Shown in pieces: positions 12,451 to 25,774 of a DNA stretch of 64,000 bases. Below the pieces are notes generated by a model. It worked only from the letters and a program-made list of their open reading frames with translations, was not told the origin of the DNA and did not search any database. The DNA is from Mizuhopecten yessoensis (taxonomy: Eukaryota): assembly GCF_002113885.1 (NCBI RefSeq), contig NW_018403629.1, positions 129,050-193,049 of the forward strand, written 5' to 3'. Position 1 is the stretch's first letter. Every line of letters begins with the position of its first letter. The position numbers and the translations under genes are program-made.

Positions 12451-13659
12451 ACTATTCCTCGTCCTACTACAATATAATCATGGTTATAGATGATTTCAAC
12501 CATTTCCATGTTATAACCCAGGGATTAAGTCCCCCAGGGCAAGCTGGATCAAGAGGCCAAGCCTGGTTGGATTGTATTTTTTTCTCTTTATTTGTCTTAA
12601 TGCATTCCTCACACAACAATTCAATATCTTAAGAAAACCTACACCATCTACAGTACCTTTCAATAAACCAACAGTCTATTCTTATCTTTCAATAAACCAA
12701 CATTCTATTCTTGTTTTGAGTTCCAGGCATGATGATCAGGAGATAATTGGTTTGCTTTATATTGGATAATTATACCCAGTAATATTAAGAGTTGGTTGTA
12801 GTAAAATTATCCTATTTAGGACTATAAAGTCACAGGTAAGAGAATCTACTTGAACTGTCGTATTCCAAGATGGTTGCATCTTGTTCTTCTACCCGGTAAT
12901 CAGTTCCAATTTTGAAAAAAAATCCCGACCCCAGGACTCAAAAATACATCAATCCAGAGTTTGGGTTCCTGTCTATCAAAAATGTTTATCTATTCAAGTT
13001 CAATTACTCTGTGTGTGGTACCCATCGACAAACCGAAGCCTGGGGTGGGGTAGATGTTATACTGGTACATGCAGCCCTTAGGTGCATAAGCTAATCTTAG
13101 TTAAAGTAGGACATGTAGTATGTAAGTAACTGACCAAAACCAATCTTCTGAACCAAGGTGCAGAAAATCGTGTTTAAAACTATTATAGGGACCACCAGAC
13201 CTAAAAATAGTTTTCATTCCTTCTCCGATCAAAATCTCAAGAATGTTTACCAAACCAACTCATTTTTACCAGACATGTTAAGACAGTAAAACAAAGTTCG
13301 GGACACACCGAGACAGACAATGGACACTGAAAACATCAATCCTTAAGATATAAATGAATTGTAATTCAACCAAAAGTATGTGTATGCTGGTCTCAATATT
13401 GAACCAATAATTAAAAAAATACTCACAAAATATGTAGATTTAAGCACATCACAATAATAAATATTCATGAAAAATCAATTGACCTGCATGATATCAATAA
13501 AAGCGAAAAAAAATTAACATCAATTTGTTCTGAAACAAATACTGCACAATATAAGAATAAAAACCTTATAATAGTCCCATCAAATGAAACGTTTGAGATC
13601 AGTATTCTCCCTATAAGATAAGCATCACAAACAAATGATAAGCACACATAAGATTATCT

Positions 13660-14779
13660 TCAGGATCTGCCATGGATATTTTCATAATCTGTCAAAGTTT
13701 GTTCAAAATCCTTCAGGTTGACTCTGTGTTTCATCAAATACTTTCCATCAAAATGAAATACTGGTATGTCGTAGCGGTACTTCAGCCATTCCTTATTGCT
13801 GGACTCTGTAATATCCACCTCTTCGAGCTGGAACTGTCAAATGAAAAATTACAACTGTTAGCACTGGGGTCCCATTTGTTTTCATTAAATTTCACGCATT
13901 TTGTCATTTTCAATTGTTGGAAATGACTAAATATAACATATTACAAAGAGTACAATACATATATGTATCACTTCCATTGCCTTTTGATTTGCTTCAAATG
14001 TCAATGTTAACTCAGTGTTAGCTTCAGGACAGCTAGCTACTTTCATAAACAAAATATCATAAGGCCACTATCATCCTTAGAAAAATAGAGTAAGTACATC
14101 ATAAACAAAATATCATAAGGCCACTATCATCCTTAGAAAAATAGAGTAAGTATATACGTAGGCAGGCATTTATTTTATTTTTTTTAAATATTTCTCCTAT
14201 GCTTATATATTGAGTAGGATTTCTGACTACAACAGTGAATATCAATAAATGCCAGCAAAAAAATTAGGATAGGCACAAAAATCTAGGGTAGGTAGGCTTT
14301 GCGGTAACACAATATTTTTTTTATTTTGACGAAACTGTGTGTTGTTATTGCCTCACAATCTTATGCATATGCTTTCTATGGGTGATAACTGTACACATCA
14401 AATTCCAATGATAAAACTAAATGTCTGGGACATTGGAAAGAGACACAAAATAAAACCACTGACAGTGTCATATACTTATAATTACTCAATGACTGAGGGA
14501 TGTGAGAGCCTCTTTAGCTTCTTCACAAAGCTGACAGTTGTCTTTTGTGTACAGGGTTAAGCAATGAATGAAGCGATCATGTACACTTACCCTATGACTG
14601 AGGGGTGTGAGAGCCTCTTTAGCTTCTTCACAAAGCTGACAGTTGTCTTTAGTATAGAGTGTAAGTACTGGAAGCCCTGGCTCTGCAGCCTCTGTTGATT
14701 GCTGTGATACGAGGACTCCCCCCTGAAGCTGTCCTCCTCGTCTAGAAAGGAACATCATTACCCTGTGAAGTCTCAACAT
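13660..14779 (-). CDS. C5orf63: Glutaredoxin-like protein, C5orf63/YDR286C homolog (120 aa, 2 coding exons)
   Basis: Exons 14779-14591 (AGG|GTAAGT) and 13833-13660 (TTTGACAG|) give ...LPVLTLYTKDNCQLCEEAKEALTPLSHR/FQLEEVDITESSNKEWLKYRYDIPVFHFDGKYLMKHRVNLKDFEQTL..*. CxxC and YRYDIPV..F.G..LMKHRV family motifs; Arg-rich N-terminus resembling a mitochondrial presequence. Acceptor for the ATG exon at 14807; likely non-coding exon 1 near 17397-17470. Confidence 0.92.
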
Positions 14780-15613
14780 AGCTGTGTGTTTTGTTCCAAG
14801 TCACACCTAAATAAAAATAAAACAAAAACAGTCTAAAGAAAGTTCAGAGCTACATTAAAATCTATGGATGCATGCATGTATGCTACAACTGATTTAGCAC
14901 TACTAGATTAATAACTATAAGACATTCATTCTAAATTATTAACACTTCAGAAGGTAACAATAACAGCTACATTACTATTGGATAAGTGTAAGTATACTTT
15001 TTTCCACAGTTCAAACTGTCCCAGTTACTTTGTACGTATCTTTGACACTTAAAATACACTGTCACAAACTCACAAAATAGATGTTACATGAGCAAAATTT
15101 ATTATCTAACTGTATATATACGACTTTTCCATTTTCGGTATAGCACTCTAAGACATAGACATCTACACTGTAGATTGACCATTTCGGCATCTGTGACCAT
15201 AAACAATGACACAGGTGTAGCTCAGTTATCAAACAAGAATGTAATATATATAGATTTAGTCTGTAAAATAAGAGGAAAGATGAATATTGTAAAATCAATA
15301 ATAAAACCAATTATGCAATAGATTTATTTTTTGATCTTATGTCAGGGCAAGGCCAAAAACATTTGGACATATTTCAATTTTTAAGCTCTCTCCAAGCACT
15401 GTTATTTTGTGTGAGAATGCATGGCTGTTTTTTAGAACCACCTGACAACTCTACTAGTCAGGGACAACACATATTAACGACCTTGAATCTCCTGTGCTTT
15501 TTTTATTTAGATGATGCTATGTGGAACAGGAAAGGCGGAAGCAAACACTTTTTAAAATTGACATTAGGGCTGTGACAGGGAGGCACAAAACAGCAACACA
15601 TCACTGACAAGAC

Positions 15614-17241
15614 GGTATTTGTTTATATCGGCCCAAGGATGTATCTATATGTTAAATACATGGGATTTATACATTTATTACACATTAAAGGATTTATTTA
15701 ATTACGTACTGTTGTTGTTGTTTTGTTTTTATTGCCTTACACAAACAACGATGTTCGCGTTATAGGTGAGTAGCTCATAATCAACTCTTGAGTACCTCAT
15801 CACCGCCTCAAATCCAGGTAGCCAATCAAATGTATTGATCACTCACGCAAATGGTGATAAATATGACTGGTTTTCTTGGACAATCACTTTCAATCGACTT
15901 ACATCATTTGAACAACACTTTGCACCTAATCAACATGAGCAACAACTGTCTACAATGTGACCGTCTGGTGAGGCCGAGGCAGCATGCATTGCAGTGCGAC
16001 ACATGTAGCAGATGGCAACACAGGACATGTGATACTGGTATGTAATTCGAATATAGATTCCATTGTTGGCCGAAAATATTGTTTCGTTTAATAAAACATA
16101 CGAAAATTATCTCGGCCATAAAAGGAATAAATTCTTAATCGTTATTTAAGCAACTAGATTTCATTAGATACTTTTAGCCCATTTGTAAGTACAATTATAT
16201 AATGAAAAGAAATCAAGTTTCTTTAAATATGTATATTTCATTTATGGCCGAAATATGGTTTCATTTGATACTAGCGCTCGTACAAAATACACGTACGGGC
16301 ACTGAGTTTCTAATGAAATCATGTTTCTCATAAGCATGTACACGTATGTCGATATTTGATTTTATTAAATATTATAATTCCGCTCCACATATCGTCGGCG
16401 GTCATTTAATGTTTGATAAAGTCAAATTGTGTATGTTCGTGTACATGTAGGCCGAAACTATGATTTTATTAATACTGATGTCCGAACATGTAGAAGGACA
16501 AATAATATATAATGAAATCAAGTTTCTTTAAATATGTATATTTCATTTACAGGATGGCACCGCAGGATGAATGGCAAGGCCGGTCGAGCGAACCTCCCCT
16601 TCTAGCTCCTGGTCCCTCTCGTGAAGAAGGAAGGAGAGATCGTGAATGTCCAGATGCGACTCGTGGGAGAAAACCTGTTGGCTCGCCACCAGACCACCAC
16701 CTACAAGCGTGTCCAGGGTAAGAGCTTTACCCTGAGGGACCGGCTCGACTCTGGGGATCTGGACAACCGCCTCACAACATCAGACTTCCTGCAGAAGGTG
16801 GGCAACATCTACGCACCCAGAGGGTGATCATTTCGGACAAATAGTGTAGAACAGTGAAAAGGACAAATAGTGTTGAATAGTGAAATAGTGCGGTGAATAG
16901 GACAAATAGTGTAGGACAGTGATCATTCCAATAATTAAATCTAATTAAATAATGTCAGTGTTTCAGATTACACACAAAATGATAACTATCTTACGCGACG
17001 TATGTAACAGATTACATTAGTACAGGTTACCTCCCCTTGTGGAACTCGCGACTGAGGCAAGGAAATGCAGAAAGGAATTTATTAATTTAAAGATATATCA
17101 TATGTTCAGAGGTTGATATATAAATGAAACCCAAAGAAAGGGATTATTATAACATTAATGTATATTCCATGTATACATAGGGCCGATTTCACTTGGGTAA
17201 ATCGAGGCCGTTTTTACCGTGGGCCGATATAACCATAAATC
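15614..17241 (+). mobile_element. Non-autonomous Mutator-like (MULE) DNA transposon carrying a PHD-finger exon
   Basis: Imperfect TIRs GGTATTTGTTTATATCGGCCC / GGGCCGATATAACCATAAATC. 8-bp direct repeat GACAAGAC at 15606-15613 and 17242-17249. Exon 15935-16037 (CLQC..ALQCDTCSRWQHRTC, PHD-type) and exon 16553-16827 (GWHRRMNGKAGRANLPF*LLV..., MULE transposase C-terminal type). Confidence 0.8.
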
Positions 17242-17454
17242 GACAAGACAGCAAAACTCCTGTTTGCAGTATAATCCACGTCCTTTGAAATTCACCTGTT
17301 TACTGTTACGACAGTACTTACGTTTCTGCTATCCATATATGAGTTCATTTCGGTGCACATGCATCATGTCTGGCAAGGATTCACGTGAATACTTACGCTA
17401 AAACCTATCGCAGTCTTCATCAAAACAAACACACGTGCTGTTGTTCTCCAGCTT

Positions 17455-17505
17455 CGAATTCCGGGACAGGAAGATGTTTCGCGTAATTACTTTGCGCATG
17501 CGTCA
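17455..17505. promoter_or_regulatory. Probable C5orf63 promoter with NRF1-like and ETS-like motifs
   Basis: TGCGCATGCG (17493-17502) and TTCCGG/CAGGAAG lie just upstream of a minus-strand donor TAGC|GTAAGT at ~17396. Confidence 0.5.
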
Positions 17506-20500
17506 GATTATATTAAGTCGTTTATATCGAAACCGCGCGAAAAAAATTAATTCATCTTTTCAGAGGCAAGTTAACTTGAAAACAATGGTTGGGGGTTAAT
17601 ATTCAATTCAATAAATTCATGATAAATCCAAATCCTTTTCTAAAGAACAAAATCCTATTTCTCCGGTGTTACACCCATTAGAATAAAATCCATTGTTATT
17701 ATTACTAAAATTCTTCAATACAGTGGCATTATGTAATTTGTCCTTAGAAATTTGAATGTTATATACTCAGTAATATGATCACTAATTTACTTGTGTGTAC
17801 CTCACGCTTCAGCAAGATGAATACATGAAATACATATATTTTTGTATTCATATTAGTAGGCAAGCATTTCCTACGTCTTTCCTGTTGATTAGTGCAACTT
17901 ACTACCATTCATAATATTGTTTGTATTGTATGAATTAATCTTGTGAGATGTATTACTACAACTGAAATCATTGTATGGTTGCGCTGTTTCTTCAAGTTAA
18001 TTATTATATTGTATGTTGTGTATTTCACACCACTGTATGACTATGTTGTATGACTTCGTGCAACGGGTTCTACTCAATGTATGATTGTATTGTAAGACTT
18101 ATGTAACAGTAATACTGTCTATAATAATGCTGTATAATTTATAGTGCGATGCTTGTAATACTGTTTATTACAATGTTGTATGATTGCTTAGTACGAGAAG
18201 TGGATTACTGTCTATACTATTATATGATAATGTAGTCTGAGGAGTGTAAATATGTCTATTATATCAATGTGTGATGTAATATATGATTAGTGTTATACTG
18301 TCTATCATCATAATTATCACCGTATAATGACTGTAATAGTACCTATTATATCATTGTGTTGTGTTTATAGTACTTTATGGTATGATGCGTGTACTATTAT
18401 TATTCTCTTATGTGTGTGTCTTCCTATGTGTGTGTCTTCCATGTGCATGTGTGAGTCACTATGTCAGGGTGTGACCATGATTGTGAACGCATTTTCTTCT
18501 CTCTTCAATAGTGTTTTGTTCGTTATTTCTGTAACTCTTCATTTCTGGAGGAAATAAAGGAAATAATAATAATATAGAAATACAGTTTTGGTCAATCTGA
18601 TTAAAAGCAGATCTTTTATTCAACTCCGGTATACTCCACGTGGTGGACATTCAAAGGAACGTAGAGCATAGGAATGGAATAGACCTAAAGATCTGGTTTG
18701 AAGGCGATCGCAGTTTTGGTCAATTATTTAAAACAATACATGTATAAAGACTAGAAGCTGTAAGAATCCATACTTGACTAAGTAAACGTATATATACATT
18801 TATATCTCATGATAAATTTTAGTTAATTCGACTTCGACAATCTGGAGAGACACGCACTCAATTATGTTTGGCGCCTACAACTAAAATTCACCTACCGACC
18901 TCTTGATTAGTTATATGTTCTCATTTACTGCACAGCGAGTTATTACCTAGAGATCTGTACGCGCGTTGTCCCTCATTAAATATGGAAATTAAAGAATTGC
19001 AAAACGTAATGACTGCGACATGTTGATATGATAGTAAAAAATCATGCTTGACAATAATTTGATATGTGTGCACGTTATACGCTTCCATTATCATTGTCTA
19101 AACGAAACGGATATTAGTGCGTACGCATTTCTGTGATGATAGATATATCGGACCATTCCTCTGCTGAAGCCCTACTGCGGGGTTTCCGGGACACATTTCT
19201 CCTGTTACACATATAACGGTAATGAGTAGAAATAAGAGTTACCCGCCCTAACCACCTGATCAGGAACTGGTATATTTTTTCTTTCACACACGAGCAAATT
19301 CACAACACAACATGTTGATATTTGTAATCTGAGAATGACATATCTATTTCTTCGGCTAGAAATTGCGGATCAGTACAGCAGCAGATGGCTACATTATGTA
19401 ACAGCAATGTAACATTAAATATCAGGCAGGAATGCGTCATTTAGGTTCATACTTTTATTTCTGATCCCATGCCGGAGCATCCAAAACGAGCATTCGTTTG
19501 CGGAAAGTTCCGACTGTTCCCGATTGCTTAACCTGCGAAGTTGAGGGTACAAGCGTGTATGTACATGTCTAACGATTCCACTTACATGGATATGCAAAAG
19601 GCAACAAAATTACCATGGCTACAGCGTTCGGAAATTATATGATGTCAGATGTGGTATCGGCTGTCTTGAATGCATTTTAGTTTACATTGTAGTAATTCAA
19701 TCACATCACGTGTCTTATAGCTAGGCTGATACAGGTTCTCTGCTAGAGAAGATGTCATCTGCACTCAGTGCCTGAAACACTTTTATTTTCTGCATTCATG
19801 TACAATATGAGCCGCTATCACATAGATGTCTGAGGAGATCCAGGTAATTCCCGTCGTCGATAGTGTCCGTGGCCGTCTCATCATTAACGATGGCGTCAGC
19901 TCGTGGTTTGGACTTACTTTCACTGAGGATAGGTTCTGTGATAATGTTAAACATGTGGCATTTCTTCCCTTCATACTGGTCCCTCTCACTAGTTCAGCAA
20001 CGTCGAGTGTGGTCAGCGGTTGGATGGTTGCCCGCCCGCACGCCCGCACGTTAATTACATTCTCGCTCAAACTCAGATTCTATGCTCAAGCCAATACGTG
20101 TGTACAGAAAAGATATAAAAAAGATTCATGTAAAGATTGTAGTGGAACTGTTTCTAAACCGCCCACTTTATTGCGGGAAATTCTAGTTTGTCAACACAAT
20201 AGTTCCTCTTGGACTTATGAACGCTTTTACTGACAAGATCGCATTCATAAACGATAACTGTGTTTTTACCACGGACCAAACTGCGTAACGTTACGCTTAC
20301 TTATTTATTTATTTATTTTCTCTTACATAATATACAGAAATGTTTACTAGCTTTAACAGCTCATAGGATAACCCGAGGAAGGCATCGTGGTGTTTTTTCT
20401 AAGAACAAAGAATTGAAGTTTGTGAAAACACAAATCAAAAGTCTGAATTTTCATCTTTTAATCAACTATAAATAAAAGTGTCCACGCGCACACGTGCTGC

Positions 20501-20534
20501 GGTTTAGTATCATGTACTCACAGTTACTTGTTAT

Positions 20535-23494
20535 TTACCAAATTTCTTCGCAAAAAAATGAGTAGAAGTTGCCACAGACGCCGCTATAGAAGACAAAGTT
20601 AAAGAAAGACAGACATGAGGCGTCGTCCTCGGAATCATTGAAGACTTGGTGCCAGTAATTCTGAGTTTGGTTAAGACCTTCTCCAGTCGTGTAATGCCAC
20701 GAACCATTGCCCCATGTCCCTCCGACCCACAGTCTCTCGGCTACAACACAAACAGATGTTTATGAGGGTGAATGGAAATGTCTCGTGCATAGATTTTTTC
20801 TTCTTAATTATTTCGTTTATATTCGCAGAAGTAACCGTCTTCAAACATTAGAAATTATTGATCAATAAATAAAATACTACGAGAACGTGCGCTTCCATAC
20901 AGGTATCCTCGATACTCCAGGGTATAAGCTTATTGCCTTCTGTTTAGTTATGACTTATTCCAGGGTGCAGAGAGCACCCCTGGAGAATCGATGATGCCAT
21001 ACAGGCAGACTGTACTTTTTCAGAGATACAACTTATAATACGGACAACTACAGAAAAATATGTCTCATCCAAAAAGGCACTGCACACTTGATTTCTATTC
21101 GGTGTTACAATAAATTTTGTAAAAATCACAATCCTCCCAATCCCGACCACGATGGCTGGCACTATGCTGCACTGTAGGAGGAAGGGTAGCAACGGGTATC
21201 GTTCTGTAGCTTCTAGGCCCAATCGGGTTTTTATTATTATTTTTTATTATTTTTTATCTATGGTCCGATAATTTAAAAAAAAAACTAAAAAAAAAACTAA
21301 AATAAAACGGGCCTAGAAGCTACGGTTCCCGCAGCTAGGGGAGGGGCTGGGGGCTTCGCTATGCTATGCTATGCTTGATATACATGTAGATATAAACAGT
21401 TTAACACGCCAGGCTGATCGAGGGGAGAGTCCGAAGACCGATCCACCTATCCCTTTTATACCAAGGACTTTCCTTTTTGTCATTGTAGAACATGACAAGA
21501 GTAAAACTACAGGTGGTATTTCCATTCCTATTCTTGATCTCTTTACTTCGTGTCGCCTCCCTTGGCACCCCACGTTTATTTGTATATATCAGAACGTTTG
21601 GCAATGTAAGGAAGGCAATGGGTTTCAATCCCAGACCGAAACAAACCAAAGTATTTTAAATGGTAGTTATATTAAATATATGCTATGATAACGAAGGAAT
21701 TCTGAATTGTTATTTAATCCTAATAAACATTTAAAAAATAGAAAGATTCAGCACAAGTCACCGTACAATGTTTATGGTAGCATACGACCTAAGGGGTATA
21801 CACTAGCTGCATTATAAAGTGTGCTTTGTAACTCTTTAACAGAGGAGTTCCGATCTTTCTGCATACTGTAAATTGTACTTAATACACGATGCTAACTTTA
21901 AAGAAACACAAAGTACACATGTATTTTGGACGATCAGGTAGCGCTAAATTGATTTGTTTTCGATATAATGGTGATTGAAAGTTTCTTAGGGGAGCTAACT
22001 CAAACCAAACTAAGACGTTATAAGGTGTTAAGTAACACACACTGTACATACTGTAGTAGTACTCGTAGAAGTTGTCGTAGATGTAGGAATATTTATCGAA
22101 CGTGTCCAGCACAGCCAGCTTTCCCCCGCTCTCCTGACAGGCTAGCTGGGCTCCTGACCAGTCCTCCTGCGGAGCCAACACGAACCGGACACACCAGTTC
22201 AAGTCGGCTACAAACGTGTAGTTACGTCCAGCACAAACTCCTGAAACAGGTGAGGAAAACAAAAGTTGTGCGGTTTCGTCCAGAACAAACTCTAAAACAG
22301 CCGAGGGAAAACAGTAATCGTGTTGTGATGTCCGACAGAAACTCTTAAAGCAAGTAGGAAAAACAACAGTTATGAAGTCACGTTGAAACAAATTAGAAAA
22401 ACAATAATAGTATAGTTATTGCGAAAAAGAATGAGGATACGATGAGTAATGTCAAGTATATAAATTAAATAATCTACACATTGACTTTTTATTCATTTTT
22501 ACCTGTACTCAATGATCCTTTAAATTATATTACCACAACATTGAGGCAAAAAGTAGACACACTTTTCAACACTCGAGTTCCGTTTGTCGATGGCTCGGAC
22601 GTTGCGAAGGGCACCACAGCTGTAGTGGGAGTCGTGGTGGGTGTGGTCAGGACGGAAACGTACCCACGACATTGTTTTAAAGACGATGAGTAGGATACTA
22701 CGTCACATCCGGTAATTTTTGCACATTCCACGGTACATGCTAGAGCGGAGTGTCCTTCCATGTCGAACAAAGCAGGTAGTTCTATCCTGTTTGAATATTG
22801 TTGATTTACAGACCAAGCACTGTTCTTTATAGGAACATCTGAAAATCAAATAGAAACAAAGAGCCATCTGAATTTGGTAGGGGTAAGAAATAACAATGGA
22901 TCTACATGTCTGCTGCTAATCCCTGTACATGTATAATTTCTACCAGGAAATAGAATCTGCATTCATAGGGATATGAACGCTTTTATATCTGTTCATTTAA
23001 CGTGTCTCGTCCCGCCTCGTGAGATATGCGCGAGAAGCAAACACATTCATGAGACTAAGCTGTTTTATGAATGTCATTTGCACTGATTATACAGAAACTT
23101 TAATACCGCAATACAAGAGATAATCATAAATTTGACCTTAAGTAACTAAAACGTTATTATACGGTATATATACACAATGAACGAAATTATTTTAACATTA
23201 AGGCCGGAATAGCTTCATGTTATGGGTGTATAGTGGGCTTTATTTGAAATGGATGTAACCGTTTTGCGTTCATACGTTTAATCCCTACATGGCCAATTTG
23301 TATACTAAGCTGAGAAATATTATAGAATTTAGGCCTCGAATATTACCGTAGATCACAAATGTTCTTTCTAGTAATGACATTTTTAATGAAAACTATCTTT
23401 ATCAATTGAAAACAAAATTAAATATCTTACCTTGTGCACAAAGAAGGTTTCTAAAAGTAAACATTACGACCACAACAAACCAGAGTACCTCCAT
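20535..23494 (-). CDS. Secreted PAN/Apple-like + C-type lectin domain protein (~244 aa, 4 exons)
   Basis: Exons 23494-23431 (signal peptide MEVLWFVVVVMFTFRNLLCAQ), 22838-22563 (SALACTVECAKITGCDVVSYSSSLKQCRGY + Thr-rich linker; GTGTGT donor is the least certain site), 22240-22052 (C..WCVRF..WSGAQLACQESGGKLAVL) and 20740-20535 (LWVGG..WHY..CLSF..C..FFCE*). All introns phase 1; open frame. Confidence 0.85.
21195..21335. mobile_element. Small inverted-repeat element in lectin intron 3
   Basis: Perfect 15-bp IR GTAGCTTCTAGGCCC (21206-21220) / GGGCCTAGAAGCTAC (21309-21323), with T-rich then A-rich inner arms. Confidence 0.55.
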
Positions 23495-24145
23495 GCTTCC
23501 TTTTTTATCGTATAGTGTTTTATGTATTACCAAACGTACACCCGTGCTATGCTATACTGTATTCGCGAATACATCTTTAACCGCCGTAGAGGTAGGAGAT
23601 AAAGGGATGCTTTGATCAACAGTGTATCAGGTATAATCCCTTCTGGGCCCGGGTACTTTATAAAAGGCAAACCCTATTCTCTTGAGATATTCGCCATTGT
23701 GATTCTATACTGCTGATGATTGCTAAGTGTATTCCGATTAAACATAACATGCAGGTCATTACTTGAGTAAACACCGCAACGCCAGCTTATCGATATTGAG
23801 GTCCAATAAAGGTGTTCTACGTATTGGTCGACCGATCAACGTTTGTATTGGGGAAAAAACAATTTCTTGATTAATAATGAAATGAGATTTTCTTCCGATG
23901 CGATAGCTGGGGTCACATGACAGCAGATATATAATTGATATGCTACTATAAAAGAAATCCACAACGAAAGTGTACCGAAGCGTCAACAAACCACAATTCG
24001 AGCTCAAAATCAACACAGTTAGGAAAAAAAGGAAAGATTGAAATAGAAACCATTGAAAAAATAATAAGAGAATAAGATCATTATTCCGGAAGGACAAGTG
24101 TCTTCTGCTTCATTGACCACACTCCATGTGAATCTGGGTCAAAAT

Positions 24146-25660
24146 AATGTCATGTCCTCACACCTAGAACAGACAGTGAAAACAAAACCACGAGTCGTAC
24201 TAATGTCAAGTCCTCACACTTAGAACAGGCAGTGAAAACAAAACCACGAGTCGTAATAATGTCATGTCCTCACACTTAGAACAGGTAGTGAAAATAAAAC
24301 GACGAGTCGTACCAATGTCATGTCCTCACATCTAGAACAGACAGTGAAAACAAAACAACGAGTCGTACTAATGTCATGTCCACACACCTAGAACAGGTAG
24401 TGAAAACAAAACCACGAGTCGTACTAATGTCAAGTCCTCACACTTAGAACAGGCAGTGAAAACAAAGCTACGAGTCGTACTAATGTCATGTCATCACACC
24501 TAGAACAGGCAGTGAAAACAAAACCACGAGCCGTACTAATGTCATGTCCTCACACCTAGAACAGGCAGTAAAAACAAAACCACGAGTCGAACTAATGTCA
24601 TGTCCTCACACTTAGAACAGGCTGTGAAAACAAAACCACGAGTCGTACTAATGTCAAGTCCTCACACTTAGAACAGGCAGTGAAAACAAAGCTACGAGTC
24701 GTACTAATGTCATGTCATCACACCTAGAACAGGCAGTGAAAACAAAACCAAAACACGAGTCGTACTAATGTCATGTCCTCACACTTAGAACAGGTAGTGA
24801 AAATAAAACCACGAGTCGTACCAATGTCATGTCCTCACATCTAGAACAGACAGTGAAAACAAAACCACGAGTCGTACTAATGTCATGTCCTCACACCTAG
24901 AACAGGCAGTGAAAAGAAAACCACGAGTCGTACTAATGTCATGTCCTCACACTTAGAACAGGTAGTGAAAACAAAACCACGAGTCGTACCAATGTCATGT
25001 CCTCACACCTAGAACAGGCAGTGAAAACAAAACCACGAGTCGTACTAATGTCATGTCCTCACACCTAGAACAGGCAGTGAAAACAAAACCACGAGTCGTA
25101 CTAATGTCATGTCCTCACACCTAGAACAGGCAGTGAAAACAAAACCACGAGTCGTACTAATGTCATGTCCTCACACCTAGAACAGGCAGTGAAAACAAAA
25201 CCACGAGTCGTACTAATGTCATGTCCTCACACCTAGAACAGGCAGTGAAAACAAAACCACGAGTCGTACTAATGTCATGTCCTCACACCTAGAACAGGCA
25301 GTGAAAACAAAACCACGAGTCGTACTAATGTCATGTCCTCACACCTAGAACAGGCAGTGAAAACAAAACCACGAGTCGTACTAATGTCATGTCCTCACAC
25401 CTAGAACAGGCAGTGAAAACAAAACCACGAGTCGTACTAATGTCATGTCCTCACACCTAGAACAGGCAGTGAAAACAAAACCACGAGTCGTACTAATGTC
25501 ATGTCCTCACACCTAGAACAGGCAGTGAAAACAAAACCACGAGTCGTACTAATGTCATGTCCTCACTCTTAGAACAGGCAGTGAAAACAAAACCACGAGT
25601 CGTACTAATGTCATGTCCTCACACCTAGAACAGGCAAAATAAAACCACGAGTCGTACTAA
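24146..25660. repeat. 56-bp minisatellite, ~27 copies
   Basis: Unit TAATGTCATGTCCTCACACCTAGAACAGGCAGTGAAAACAAAACCACGAGTCGTAC. Confidence 0.97.
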
Positions 25661-25774
25661 TGAGCATTACCAAAACATCTACCTTCATATCACACAAACA
25701 GATAATATATTTTTCTATGAGATCGTGATGGCGATCATATAACTTGTCCACAATGTTAACCAACCTGCAGCGTT

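Noticed and set aside
21401-21649. ORF containing WIGL as the second half of the CTLD
   Set aside because: No suitable acceptor or CTLD cysteine pattern; the 20740-20535 exon fits phase and motifs.
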